IMG/VR virus record: IMGVR_UViG_3300050821_001428
Span: 80,268 to 144,267 of that record
Origin: a virus
Reading direction: 5' to 3' (one strand)
DNA length: 64,000 bases
A program made the position numbers and the translations under genes. Under the pieces are notes generated by a model. That model was not told where the DNA came from. It did no database searches and was given only the letters and a program-made list of their open reading frames with translations. Shown here piece after piece: positions 40,952-50,484 of this stretch. How positions within the stretch are numbered: position 1 is the stretch's first letter; every line of letters begins with the position of its first letter.

Positions 40952-43900
40952 TTACCTACCGAAAATAGCGGAATCCAATACATAGTCATCCATAGGAGCA
41001 TTGCTCGCAGCCGTGTGATCATTCGCTACGCGAGTGAAACCATTAGGTGCTGAGCTAAACTTGCCGAACATAGACGGAACCTTAGTTAGACCAGCGGTGC
41101 GGTGCTGTGCAATCTTAGCCAGACCAGCAGTCTTAACCTTACTTAATGATTCAATCTGTGCTAATACTACAGTTTCATCAGTATTATCGAGAGTAGCAAT
41201 ACGATTGAACTTTGCATCAACCGGGGATAAACCTAATTCAATTTCTAGTTCTGCTAGCTTGATAGATGAGATACGCACAGAGCCGGTGTGAAGCTTCACG
41301 TCAGGCGTAGGTACTCCACCAAACTCCATCTTATCCTTGGTGGTAGGATCTTGCTGCTTCAGTACGCCATTTCCGTCAGTACCGCTCCAAGTTGTTGTCG
41401 GACCAGAGTTATTGGCGGGAGTAGTCTGATGCTCAAGTAGATTGACGCGCTTATACGAGTCAGTCGCCACCGAATCAGTGGGCTGAACTCCCTGAACCGC
41501 TGAACCTCCCTGGGCAACAGGCTTGTTACCCTGCTGTTCATTCTGTTCTAACGTGTTATCGTCGTAAGAATAACGAGCTTGTGCATATGCATCTTGTGCC
41601 TGCTTGACAGCGGCATAATAAGCATTTGCAGCCTTTACTCCATCTTCGGTTGCTGGGAACGGGTCGCTGGTCACCGGATCAGTAATACCCTTTGCGGTAC
41701 CATCCGAATCGCCAAAGGTCTTAGTTGGACCAGAATCTTCAGTTGTCTTATCGGTATTGAAACCGGAATCATCGCTCTTTGGATCAGCGGTCGTAAGGGT
41801 TTCGGTCTTATCAGGCTCGACACCCTCGACACCCGTACCACCAATACCGGTTACATCAATTTGCTTCTGTGCAGTCGAAGCTGCTTCGTTTGATGCTTCA
41901 TCGAAACCACCAACACCGACAACATCAATGCGCTCCTTAGCGGAGGTGCCGTCAGGCGGGGTAGCTCCATCAGCAATCTTGGTATTACTCATAGATTCTC
42001 CTAAATGATTATGATTGTGATTGCGTTGTGCAGTTGCCATTAGACGTTGTGCAGTCAGCATTGCTGAGGTAATAGGCGTTCTCTGATCATTCAGAATAAC
42101 CTGATTACTTGGTTGATTGGTTACAATAGTATTAGGCTGCAAAACAGGGTTTTCAACCTTGTTAATTCTTGCAGCGGTCTTTTCTGTTACTAATGGAGTC
42201 CAACTCATTCTATTATTTACATTGGCGGTGGGTTGCTGTTTATTAGGCATTTGTCCGATTGGTGCCTGAGTTTGTGGACCAGCAGCAGTTTCTTCTTGAG
42301 TCTTCATCTCGTCACGAATTTGTTGTGCCTTTTGTAGATCGGGGTTGTCAAAATCCTTAGGACTTTGGACAAACCCACACACATCACAAGTTTCACCTTC
42401 CATTTGCGCCCCACAATTATGCACTAAAGCGCCCTCTACAACATATGTATGATCTACATCAACCTCTAGATTGTAAACATATCCATCATATGGTATTTCT
42501 TGAATCGAAGAAATCTTAGAAAGATTATATCCGCCAAATGCCCATTTGTTTTTGCCATACTTGGTTGAATAATCACAATTTGGATTAACTTTATAAGCAT
42601 TTTCTACCTGATACGTTATCTTTTTATTCAATGGGTATGTGGTAGTAATTGAAGGCTTATAACAATTAATACGATTACCATACTCTGCCACTTGTAGAGC
42701 TAATGTTCTTGATGTCTGCTTAAGGTTACCCTTTTTATCATGGCCATCTCCATTTAATACTCCTTCAATAATATATTGAATTTTATTATCAGGTAAGAGC
42801 ATTAATTCAGCCGGTATGATCTTATTATGAGAATGTTTACCAATCCAAGCAGGGAACCACCTAGCCAACACAGTGCTACCTACTACTACCCATATACTAT
42901 TAGGCTTATTAGGAACGGTGTAGAGCGTAGGATGATATCCTAATTCAGTAAATATCCTTATTAGACGATCTTGATATTCTGTTTCCTTACGATGTAAAGC
43001 GAAATTAATCTCTCGTTTATTATTGCTACCCTCGGCTATATACATACCAATAGCCCATAAGAAATCTGGAGTTAATTCAAACTCGGTTGGTCCTAAAGTA
43101 CGAGATCCAGATTTAATACCGATTTTACCTCGATAAATTTGACTTGCTATATGGCGCGAAACACCCGTAAGTTCCCCGATACGTTTCCATCCCAAATGAT
43201 CTACCTCACGCAACATCTTAATTTGAGGCTTGATATCAGAATAATCTACATATTCGTTACCCCTAAATTGCTCCGGTACAGATACAGTTGTGATATCACG
43301 AACAATGCTAGGACCAACATGCACCAAATAATTCTGATTTGTTAAAGACGATGCAGACTGGAAATGTAAATGATGATTTTCTTCAAATGACTGTGATTTG
43401 TCGCAGACGCCGGGGGCGCACTTTTGATGATGATCACCTGTTTGAGCAAGAGTATAAAATGGGTGATCAGGAGTAGCAATAACAGGTTGAGTAAATAAGC
43501 CAGAATCAATTTTGATGGCATTACCCGTAAATTTATTCTCCATCACATTGAGGACGGGATGGAAATGACCATCTCCGGTTAATACCTTGGTACCCATCTT
43601 AATCATCTCAATAGGTTCATACCCATTTTCAGTGCGTACCAATGTACCGGGTGCAAAGCAAATAGGACAGATATGTTCATCTCTCAATGTGTCGATATCG
43701 TCTGGGGCATGTACCTTCATTGACTGTGGAAGCTCGTTTTCGGAAGTATGTACGTGTGACCAACGAGGGTCATTCTGAGTGACTTGATTAGGAATCGCTT
43801 CAGGACCACCATGTAGTTCCTGATCGTAGATACCACCGGGAGGGGTTGGACGTGCAGGAGATGGAGAACCAATCGGTAATCCATTTTCATCTACTTCTTC

Positions 43901-44920
43901 ATTCTGCTTCATGAAGTATGGTAGCTGAACGCCCTGTTCGTCCAAATGAGGAACACCTTGATTATACTGGCCATAACTCGGATCTTCAAACTCCTGATAT
44001 GTCCCGTCAATACCTTGTGTATGTGGGGCAAATTTGTCACGGTCGTCAGGATGTATGATCCCTGGACCATTCGGATCATATTGACCCTCAGCTACAGGAT
44101 TATAATAGTTATTATCCCATCTACCACCATCTCGACCCGAAGCAATAATTTCCTTAGTTAAAGCTGTCTCGTCTGCTGGATTAAAGACACCGGAGATTTC
44201 AAAAAATTGAACACCACCAACATTTTCATAACTCTTCTTTTTGATCTTCTGACCAGAAGCGGTCTTATAATCATGTTCATGACCCTTAAGCTTCACATGT
44301 GAGCAGAATTCAGCAGCAGTATGCGCTTTATTGCCACAATGTGAACATGTAGAGAATTCACAATTACAACCCATAGAGAAACCGTCAATATGACCTAGCT
44401 TTACTGCATTAGCAAACTTAGGATAGCTCTTGGCATCAATCTCTAGCAGTAATTCAATCTCACAAGCAGGTAGATGTGAAGAATCTACTTCTCTAGATGA
44501 CCAATATGGATCAAGGTCGGCCGTTTTAGCATCTAAGACACGGAACTTAGAATCAACAATCATACCTCTAGTCTTCTTTGGATCACCGTTATTGTGATCG
44601 ACAAAGATAGGCTTATTCATAAAGGTAGCAAAGCCATACTTCTGATTACCGTTAGAAGCTTCTAGTGTGAAACCGTCTGTCGAATGGTGCTTTGCTAGAA
44701 TGTCAGGAGATCCAGCTAACTCTACCGTAGGCCAGCCGTCATGATTCTGATTTATGCGCGAACTGATAGAACGGATTCTTACATACAGAAAATCATCGTC
44801 TGTACGGAAGTCGTTATATTCCGACATCTTATTTAGGGAAGCGGTGTAGATGCGATCCTTAGATCCCTTGAGGTCTAAAACGTCGGCAATCTCGGCTGAT
44901 GCATATTTGGTCAGGCTCAT
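40952..44920 (-). CDS. Prohead (capsid maturation) serine protease fused to scaffold, intein-containing
   Basis: NQNHDGW, IFVDHNN (His), GFSMGC (Ser), CSHC..FCSH, FFEISGVFNPAD. Low-complexity scaffold-like C-terminus. Lies upstream of the capsid genes. Confidence 0.88.
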   Translation of the reverse strand: MSLTKYASAEIADVLDLKGSKDRIYTASLNKMSEYNDFRTDDDFLYVRIRSISSRINQNHDGWPTVELAGSPDILAKHHSTDGFTLEASNGNQKYGFATFMNKPIFVDHNNGDPKKTRGMIVDSKFRVLDAKTADLDPYWSSREVDSSHLPACEIELLLEIDAKSYPKFANAVKLGHIDGFSMGCNCEFSTCSHCGNKAHTAAEFCSHVKLKGHEHDYKTASGQKIKKKSYENVGGVQFFEISGVFNPADETALTKEIIASGRDGGRWDNNYYNPVAEGQYDPNGPGIIHPDDRDKFAPHTQGIDGTYQEFEDPSYGQYNQGVPHLDEQGVQLPYFMKQNEEVDENGLPIGSPSPARPTPPGGIYDQELHGGPEAIPNQVTQNDPRWSHVHTSENELPQSMKVHAPDDIDTLRDEHICPICFAPGTLVRTENGYEPIEMIKMGTKVLTGDGHFHPVLNVMENKFTGNAIKIDSGLFTQPVIATPDHPFYTLAQTGDHHQKCAPGVCDKSQSFEENHHLHFQSASSLTNQNYLVHVGPSIVRDITTVSVPEQFRGNEYVDYSDIKPQIKMLREVDHLGWKRIGELTGVSRHIASQIYRGKIGIKSGSRTLGPTEFELTPDFLWAIGMYIAEGSNNKREINFALHRKETEYQDRLIRIFTELGYHPTLYTVPNKPNSIWVVVGSTVLARWFPAWIGKHSHNKIIPAELMLLPDNKIQYIIEGVLNGDGHDKKGNLKQTSRTLALQVAEYGNRINCYKPSITTTYPLNKKITYQVENAYKVNPNCDYSTKYGKNKWAFGGYNLSKISSIQEIPYDGYVYNLEVDVDHTYVVEGALVHNCGAQMEGETCDVCGFVQSPKDFDNPDLQKAQQIRDEMKTQEETAAGPQTQAPIGQMPNKQQPTANVNNRMSWTPLVTEKTAARINKVENPVLQPNTIVTNQPSNQVILNDQRTPITSAMLTAQRLMATAQRNHNHNHLGESMSNTKIADGATPPDGTSAKERIDVVGVGGFDEASNEAASTAQKQIDVTGIGGTGVEGVEPDKTETLTTADPKSDDSGFNTDKTTEDSGPTKTFGDSDGTAKGITDPVTSDPFPATEDGVKAANAYYAAVKQAQDAYAQARYSYDDNTLEQNEQQGNKPVAQGGSAVQGVQPTDSVATDSYKRVNLLEHQTTPANNSGPTTTWSGTDGNGVLKQQDPTTKDKMEFGGVPTPDVKLHTGSVRISSIKLAELEIELGLSPVDAKFNRIATLDNTDETVVLAQIESLSKVKTAGLAKIAQHRTAGLTKVPSMFGKFSSAPNGFTRVANDHTAASNAPMDDYVLDSAIFGR
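42416..43660 (-). mobile_element. Intein with LAGLIDADG homing endonuclease (residues 421-835, 415 aa)
   Basis: Starts CFAPGTLV. Block B ATPDHPF. LAGLIDADG blocks IGMYIAEGS and EGVLNGDG. Ends VYNLEVDVDHTYVVEGALVHN, followed by Cys(+1). Confidence 0.93.
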
Positions 44921-44987
44921 TTATCTATTACCTTTACTACGAATGCATTGTTTTAAAGCCATATCGTATATTAATATGAAGGAAATC

Positions 44988-45170
44988 CTAGTTATCTTCT
45001 AAAAGATTAACTAGGACTGCCTCCTGATCATAAGTTATGCTTTTGAGTAAGGAAATAGCAGAACGCTCTTGACGTTCGTCAAGGCCCATAGCCTCGATCG
45101 CGCCAGCTAACCGACCGCGCAAGCGATTCATGCTATTATGTATCTCCTGCTCAAGCTCTTCGGAAGGCAT
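44988..45170 (-). CDS. Small helical hypothetical protein
   Basis: 60 aa, co-oriented, GAGGG RBS-like element. Confidence 0.6.
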   Translation of the reverse strand: MPSEELEQEIHNSMNRLRGRLAGAIEAMGLDERQERSAISLLKSITYDQEAVLVNLLEDN

Positions 45171-45180
45171 ATTACCCTCT

Positions 45181-46071
45181 TTAGTGCATTGAAATTACAG
45201 CACGCGCTATGCGCTCACCGGCTGGGTCAATAGCTTCTTCAAGCTGTGCTACTCGATATCCGCCACCAAGCTCGTTAGTTAAGGATACAAGCTCCGCATG
45301 AACATCACTAATTGGACGATTACCAATATGCTGTTCTGTAGGAATAGAAGCAACCTTACCTGCGACATGCTTCCATGGATGATTTTCACGTACATGGGAG
45401 AATGCAGGCGCTCCAATTGGAGTGCCGCCAGGAGGAACCTCGCCAGGCTTCAAAGCCTTTTCGTGGATAATGTGCTGATCGCCAGGGGCACCATGAGCGG
45501 AGCCACCATCTGGGCCAGCCGATCCACCAATGCCAGGAGGCGGTGGTGGAACGTTATCAGGACCACCGGGACCGAGAGGGGGCATACCGCCACTCGGGTC
45601 AGATGGGTCACCGCCAAGAGCATCTGATGGATTAGGAATACCAAGACCCTGGAAGAGAGCATCAAGCATTTGAATAATCTGCTCTTCCTTACCGCCCTTG
45701 CCATCCTTACCCTTAGATTTGTCACCCTCAGAGTCTCCTTCGGATGGAGGACCTTCTAGACCTTCTGTATCCTCAGGGCTTTCGCCCTCTGGGGATGGTG
45801 GACCTTCGGACTCGGGAGCAGTGTCATTTGGACCTTCGCTCTTTGGACCTGGGGCTTCTTCGGCTTGATCAGCAGGACCACCAAACGGTGAATCTGCATT
45901 AACTACTATTGCAGCTACCCAACGCCCCTCAAGCTGCTCAAGCGCATATGCAGCACCATTGGCAATCTTAGGACCAAACTTCTTGTTCTGGCGTAGTCCG
46001 GCCTCTGCTGCCTCGCGGGTAAATTCGCTGACTAGTGGACCTGGGACAAATTCTACGGAGTTTCCTGACAT
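45181..46071 (-). CDS. Pro/Gly/acidic head-associated protein
   Basis: 296 aa, low complexity, in the head operon. Confidence 0.6.
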   Translation of the reverse strand: MSGNSVEFVPGPLVSEFTREAAEAGLRQNKKFGPKIANGAAYALEQLEGRWVAAIVVNADSPFGGPADQAEEAPGPKSEGPNDTAPESEGPPSPEGESPEDTEGLEGPPSEGDSEGDKSKGKDGKGGKEEQIIQMLDALFQGLGIPNPSDALGGDPSDPSGGMPPLGPGGPDNVPPPPPGIGGSAGPDGGSAHGAPGDQHIIHEKALKPGEVPPGGTPIGAPAFSHVRENHPWKHVAGKVASIPTEQHIGNRPISDVHAELVSLTNELGGGYRVAQLEEAIDPAGERIARAVISMH

Positions 46072-46097
46072 ATCAAATCTTATCCTATTGTAAATCG

Positions 46098-46361
46098 TTA
46101 TTTATTAGTCTTAGGCGAGAAAGGATTATAACTTCCGGGTAAATTCACTACCACCGGGCCAACTTCGCCATAGTTTCCATAGCGATTGTTATCTTCGTCC
46201 TTACTTAAACCTTGACGCTCTTCAGTTAGGGTAAAATGGCGTGGTTGCGCATAGCTCTGATTACCACTACATAATCCACATTCGGGTGCTGGACCACCAT
46301 CACGGCCACAAATCGAACATTCTATATTAGAAGGTTCATTTGACTTGACTTGATCAGACAT
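46098..46361 (-). CDS. Small Zn-ribbon protein
   Basis: CSIC...CGLC. AAGGA RBS. Confidence 0.6.
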   Translation of the reverse strand: MSDQVKSNEPSNIECSICGRDGGPAPECGLCSGNQSYAQPRHFTLTEERQGLSKDEDNNRYGNYGEVGPVVVNLPGSYNPFSPKTNK

Positions 46362-46411
46362 ACTTTACTTTCCTTTTGATTGGGGTTTACTCGTTAATAT
46401 ACGGGAAAAGC

Positions 46412-49400
46412 CTAAAGGCCAAGAACAAGGTGTGAGTCAGGTACGTCCATCCCATTACCCTTGCGACGAGAGATATATTCTTCGTCCACGCGGTAATGAG
46501 TGTTATTCAGATCCAGTTGATCAAAATTACGTGCATGACCATGTTCATCAATCAGTGCCCGCTTCTCAGATTGACTGAAATTCTTACCGGCATTATGTTC
46601 CATCATTCCGCGTATAGATTGATTAGTTTCTAATCTTTCACGAATCTCAGCTAAACGTGGATCACGGGTTGCGATCTCTCTGATATTTCTAGAAGCACCA
46701 GAAGTATCTCGCGCTTCACGATGTGCGGCCATCTCAGCGGCGAAACTATCGTCGTCGCCATTCATTAACCAATCTAATTGTGAATTACCCTGATGTGAAC
46801 CATAGTCATTATCTTTGGTTTCCCATACAGCCGAGCATCGATAACACTCATGCATAGTCGTCGTAGGTGATGACATAAAATCGTTAGTATCATCACTGCC
46901 GCACTTATGACATGAACCATCATTGTTGTGAGCCGACGTTACACTATCATTAGGATACATATTTGTAGCCTCATCGGTGGTCGGTTCTGGGATTACATTG
47001 GCATTATCTAATGAGTGATTACCATGAGGTATCTCGTTATTGAAAGCTGCGCTGTTGGTAGCCGGTTCAAATGAATACTTACCGTTTTGTAGATCGCCTG
47101 GGCTAATTCTGAAATCAGCACTTGTACCGGCTAACTGGAGTTGTAACTCTCCGGGCTTCTTAGCAACTACTGTAACCTCATCTGGGACAGGTACGCCAGC
47201 GGTATATAATGAATACTGATCGCCCTCTTGAATTGGATGACCATTTGTATCTACCCAAGTACGCTGAGGATCTAGTGCCGGATTAGTTAGTGCTACCAAC
47301 CTCATTTGGCTTTGGCGGGCATTCTTTTCATGTAGCGGGAAATCGCGCTGACAACTATGACAATGACCATGCTTATGATCATCCTCGCCATCTCCACCAT
47401 CTAGGATTGAAGTAGTTGCCGAATCACAATAAGGGCAGCGATTAACAAGATTATTAGCATCGCCTGTATTAGCAATAACACCAGTATTAGATGGTAATTG
47501 TTTAATGTAACTCAATGTATATTGTGGGCCATAATGGGTCAACATATCATCAATCTGATGCTGTACCGCCATCGGTAGGTTACGACGTAGGTCAGCAATT
47601 GACCTTAATACACTCATGTCACTGAAAGCCGACATTGGTTGCATTGGCTGTCCGCCACCACCACCGGGTTGTGAGGGGTCTATAACAGGCATCGCACCAG
47701 GAGCCGATGGCATAGCACCAGGCGGCGCAGGTTGGGATTGACCAGGATCAATAAGCGGTGCAGTTGGCTGAGGATTCTGTTGAATTTCATTCATTAACCA
47801 GCCAAAGTTTTCAGGATGTTGATAAAGTTGCTGAATTAGTCCTTGTTGGCCATTTTGAGTTAGATACTGCGAAGCAGCTTCGAACTGCTCGGGGGTCTGT
47901 GGACCTTGATGACTTGCAGTAATCTGCTGTGGCATTGGCATCTGATTAGTAGGGAATCCTGCGCCTGCTGCTGGGAAACCACATTGTGGACATGTACCAT
48001 CGCCGTTAATAGTGCCTCCGCAATTAGGGCATGACTGTGGCTTGGCAAGTGATGGGTGTATATCGGAACCGGGCATAGCGCCTTGGCCTAGATTAGACGC
48101 AGGGGTTGGCACCGGGGCTAGAGGTACAGTCGCTAAACGAGACTGTGTTCGCTGATCTTTTCCCTTACCGTGCTGTTGAATAATAATTTCCATCATCTTT
48201 GGGCCATCCGGGTGTTCATTATTACGGTAGCCAGGATTTTCAGATTCTAATCTTTTATCTAGATCCTGAAGAATTGGATCATCGTCACCCGTAATACCAT
48301 TAGTGATATAATGAAGTAATAATGGCAGTACCCCTTGCATATGTTGAATAGCGGGTGAGTTAGGACCGAATCCATAACCCGGTGTTGCATCTCTTACGCC
48401 ATCCTCACCCGAAGCGCCAGAATCTTCATTATTTGGATTTTCGTGGTTAGATGGCGACTTATCACCATCATTAAATTCTTTCTGATCTTGCTCTTCCGGA
48501 TCATCGTGCTGTTCATCTACCGACTTGACTGAACCCGGGGTTTCTAGATCGGCTGTCTTTGCGGCTAATAATGCTGGAATATCGGCAGAATCAAATGAAC
48601 CAATGAGTTGATTGACAGGAGTCTGAGTTGGGAACATGCCACCGCCGGTTGCTCCACCACCCCCATTACCCCCAAACATGTTTGACGCCGCGTCTTGCGC
48701 TACGCCCTTTGCTGCACCACCGACTGCATGATTCATAAGAGTAGACGCAGCGCCACCAAGTAGAGAACCGTCAACAACACCGGCAGCCGCGTCAGCAGCA
48801 GGATTAAGTCCTAACTCACCAATAGCTAGTCCATTGGTGCCTAGTGCAAGAGCACCTTTGCCAATATCCTGAAGGATTCCTCCTAGACCAGCTACATGTT
48901 CATCGCTCCATAAAAGAGCATAAGGTTCTGTATTCAACGTTTCTCTACTATGAGTAGTGGTGTAATTATTCATATTTGTCGTTATATTAAATGTTTGATA
49001 TAATCCACCTGCATGCATCGGGCCTAAATTATTACGATCAATTTGATGTGTCACATCATCGGGTGAAATATTCTTAATACCCATTACGCCGTCATCACCT
49101 AGATTTGGTGCATATACAACACCCTTACCCCGACATGCTGGGCAACCTTGTCCAAAACACCCCGGACAGGTCATCTCGCCGGACGGACGCTGCCATTTAT
49201 AGTACATATCGGCGGGACCTTCTGGCAAACGCTCTTCGGCCTGTTTAACATGTGAATGTGTATATCCATCATATCCGTGAGTATCCGCATGAGGGCTTGG
49301 TTCACCATCTTGGCCTACAATAGTTCCTTCTGATAATGGGAATCCCGCTTGCCCTCTAGCTAGATCAGGATTATTACCTTGATTTGGAGCCATTGTTCCA

Positions 49401-49759
49401 GGCTCGCGTCTAATAGGAATACCAAATTGATCAATTTCCTGAGTATCCAGACCCGGAGCTTCGATATTACTTGTATATCCCAATCCCATTAGAGCAGCAA
49501 TAATAGAACCCTCACCTAGAGGATTACCACCCGTATCAGGTCCACCACCGGCCGGTGGCATATCCTTCATAATATTATCACCTGATAGATCATCGTGAAC
49601 AGGTGATGGTTGGGTACGGAAGAATCTCTTACCACCGCATTCCGAACAAGCCGATCCTGCGACATCACCAGCAGGGTCTAAGTCAAAATGTGCCGAACAA
49701 TCCCCACAAGTTACACCAATACCCGGGGACTGATTAAAAGCGTCAATACCATCAGGCAT
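46412..49759 (-). CDS. Large modular head protein with five CxxC-CxxC Zn ribbons
   Basis: CGDC/CSEC, CPGC/CPAC, CPNC/CPQC, CPYC/CHSC, CHKC/CYRC. C-terminal AGKNFSQSEKRALIDE..ARNFDQLDL..THY module. Confidence 0.7.
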   Translation of the reverse strand: MPDGIDAFNQSPGIGVTCGDCSAHFDLDPAGDVAGSACSECGGKRFFRTQPSPVHDDLSGDNIMKDMPPAGGGPDTGGNPLGEGSIIAALMGLGYTSNIEAPGLDTQEIDQFGIPIRREPGTMAPNQGNNPDLARGQAGFPLSEGTIVGQDGEPSPHADTHGYDGYTHSHVKQAEERLPEGPADMYYKWQRPSGEMTCPGCFGQGCPACRGKGVVYAPNLGDDGVMGIKNISPDDVTHQIDRNNLGPMHAGGLYQTFNITTNMNNYTTTHSRETLNTEPYALLWSDEHVAGLGGILQDIGKGALALGTNGLAIGELGLNPAADAAAGVVDGSLLGGAASTLMNHAVGGAAKGVAQDAASNMFGGNGGGGATGGGMFPTQTPVNQLIGSFDSADIPALLAAKTADLETPGSVKSVDEQHDDPEEQDQKEFNDGDKSPSNHENPNNEDSGASGEDGVRDATPGYGFGPNSPAIQHMQGVLPLLLHYITNGITGDDDPILQDLDKRLESENPGYRNNEHPDGPKMMEIIIQQHGKGKDQRTQSRLATVPLAPVPTPASNLGQGAMPGSDIHPSLAKPQSCPNCGGTINGDGTCPQCGFPAAGAGFPTNQMPMPQQITASHQGPQTPEQFEAASQYLTQNGQQGLIQQLYQHPENFGWLMNEIQQNPQPTAPLIDPGQSQPAPPGAMPSAPGAMPVIDPSQPGGGGGQPMQPMSAFSDMSVLRSIADLRRNLPMAVQHQIDDMLTHYGPQYTLSYIKQLPSNTGVIANTGDANNLVNRCPYCDSATTSILDGGDGEDDHKHGHCHSCQRDFPLHEKNARQSQMRLVALTNPALDPQRTWVDTNGHPIQEGDQYSLYTAGVPVPDEVTVVAKKPGELQLQLAGTSADFRISPGDLQNGKYSFEPATNSAAFNNEIPHGNHSLDNANVIPEPTTDEATNMYPNDSVTSAHNNDGSCHKCGSDDTNDFMSSPTTTMHECYRCSAVWETKDNDYGSHQGNSQLDWLMNGDDDSFAAEMAAHREARDTSGASRNIREIATRDPRLAEIRERLETNQSIRGMMEHNAGKNFSQSEKRALIDEHGHARNFDQLDLNNTHYRVDEEYISRRKGNGMDVPDSHLVLGL

Positions 49760-50437
49760 TTATGCCGCCTGACGACCGTTACCGAATACTCTCATGTGGA
49801 AACGGAATACACCTTGTGTCGTTGATCCATTAGAGTAAAGGAAAGATACATAAGGAGCTATCGTTTCTTGATCAATCCCAGAATTGACTGTGTTAGCGAC
49901 TACTGCGAATGTATTAGCAAGATCCCAGTTCACTCCGTCAAAAGATTGCAAGATAGCTAGAGTACCGGCTTGGTCTGAGAAGATCGATCCTGTTAAGCGA
50001 CTAGCAACTCCTGTACAGATATAGTAATCCTGGGTCGCGCTTGTAACTGCGGCTCCAGTAGCCAACGTACCGGGCTGGCCAGAAACATAAGTAACGCCGG
50101 TAAAGGTTGTACTGGTAATACCTTGATATGCCAGAAGTGCTATGCCGGTAGATGTCGCTACGACCAAAAATCCGTCAGTATTAGCTGGGGTTAAACCTGA
50201 GCCTGAATTTTTTACATATTGCCAGACATTTTGTGTTGACGAGCTTAATAGGTTAATTGCCGATGTACTTGCAACATTCAGAGTTTGTGTGCCGGTGAAT
50301 GTAGTGACATTCACTCCATTAGACGCAGAAGCAACGGTTGTGCTTTGAACACCAGTGAGAAATTCTTGCTGATTCGCTATTAACAGCGGTTGGGCTGTAG
50401 GACTTTGGGCTGAATCATATGCGAAAGTTGTAGACAT
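49760..50437 (-). CDS. Virion protein with Ser/Thr-rich beta module
   Basis: 225 aa. Internal module is nearly collinear with a baseplate J insertion. QSFDGVNWD motif. Confidence 0.6.
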   Translation of the reverse strand: MSTTFAYDSAQSPTAQPLLIANQQEFLTGVQSTTVASASNGVNVTTFTGTQTLNVASTSAINLLSSSTQNVWQYVKNSGSGLTPANTDGFLVVATSTGIALLAYQGITSTTFTGVTYVSGQPGTLATGAAVTSATQDYYICTGVASRLTGSIFSDQAGTLAILQSFDGVNWDLANTFAVVANTVNSGIDQETIAPYVSFLYSNGSTTQGVFRFHMRVFGNGRQAA

Positions 50438-50484
50438 CCTATTGTTTATCTTTCTGGGAGAAGCTAAAAGTAATAGGTAGTATT

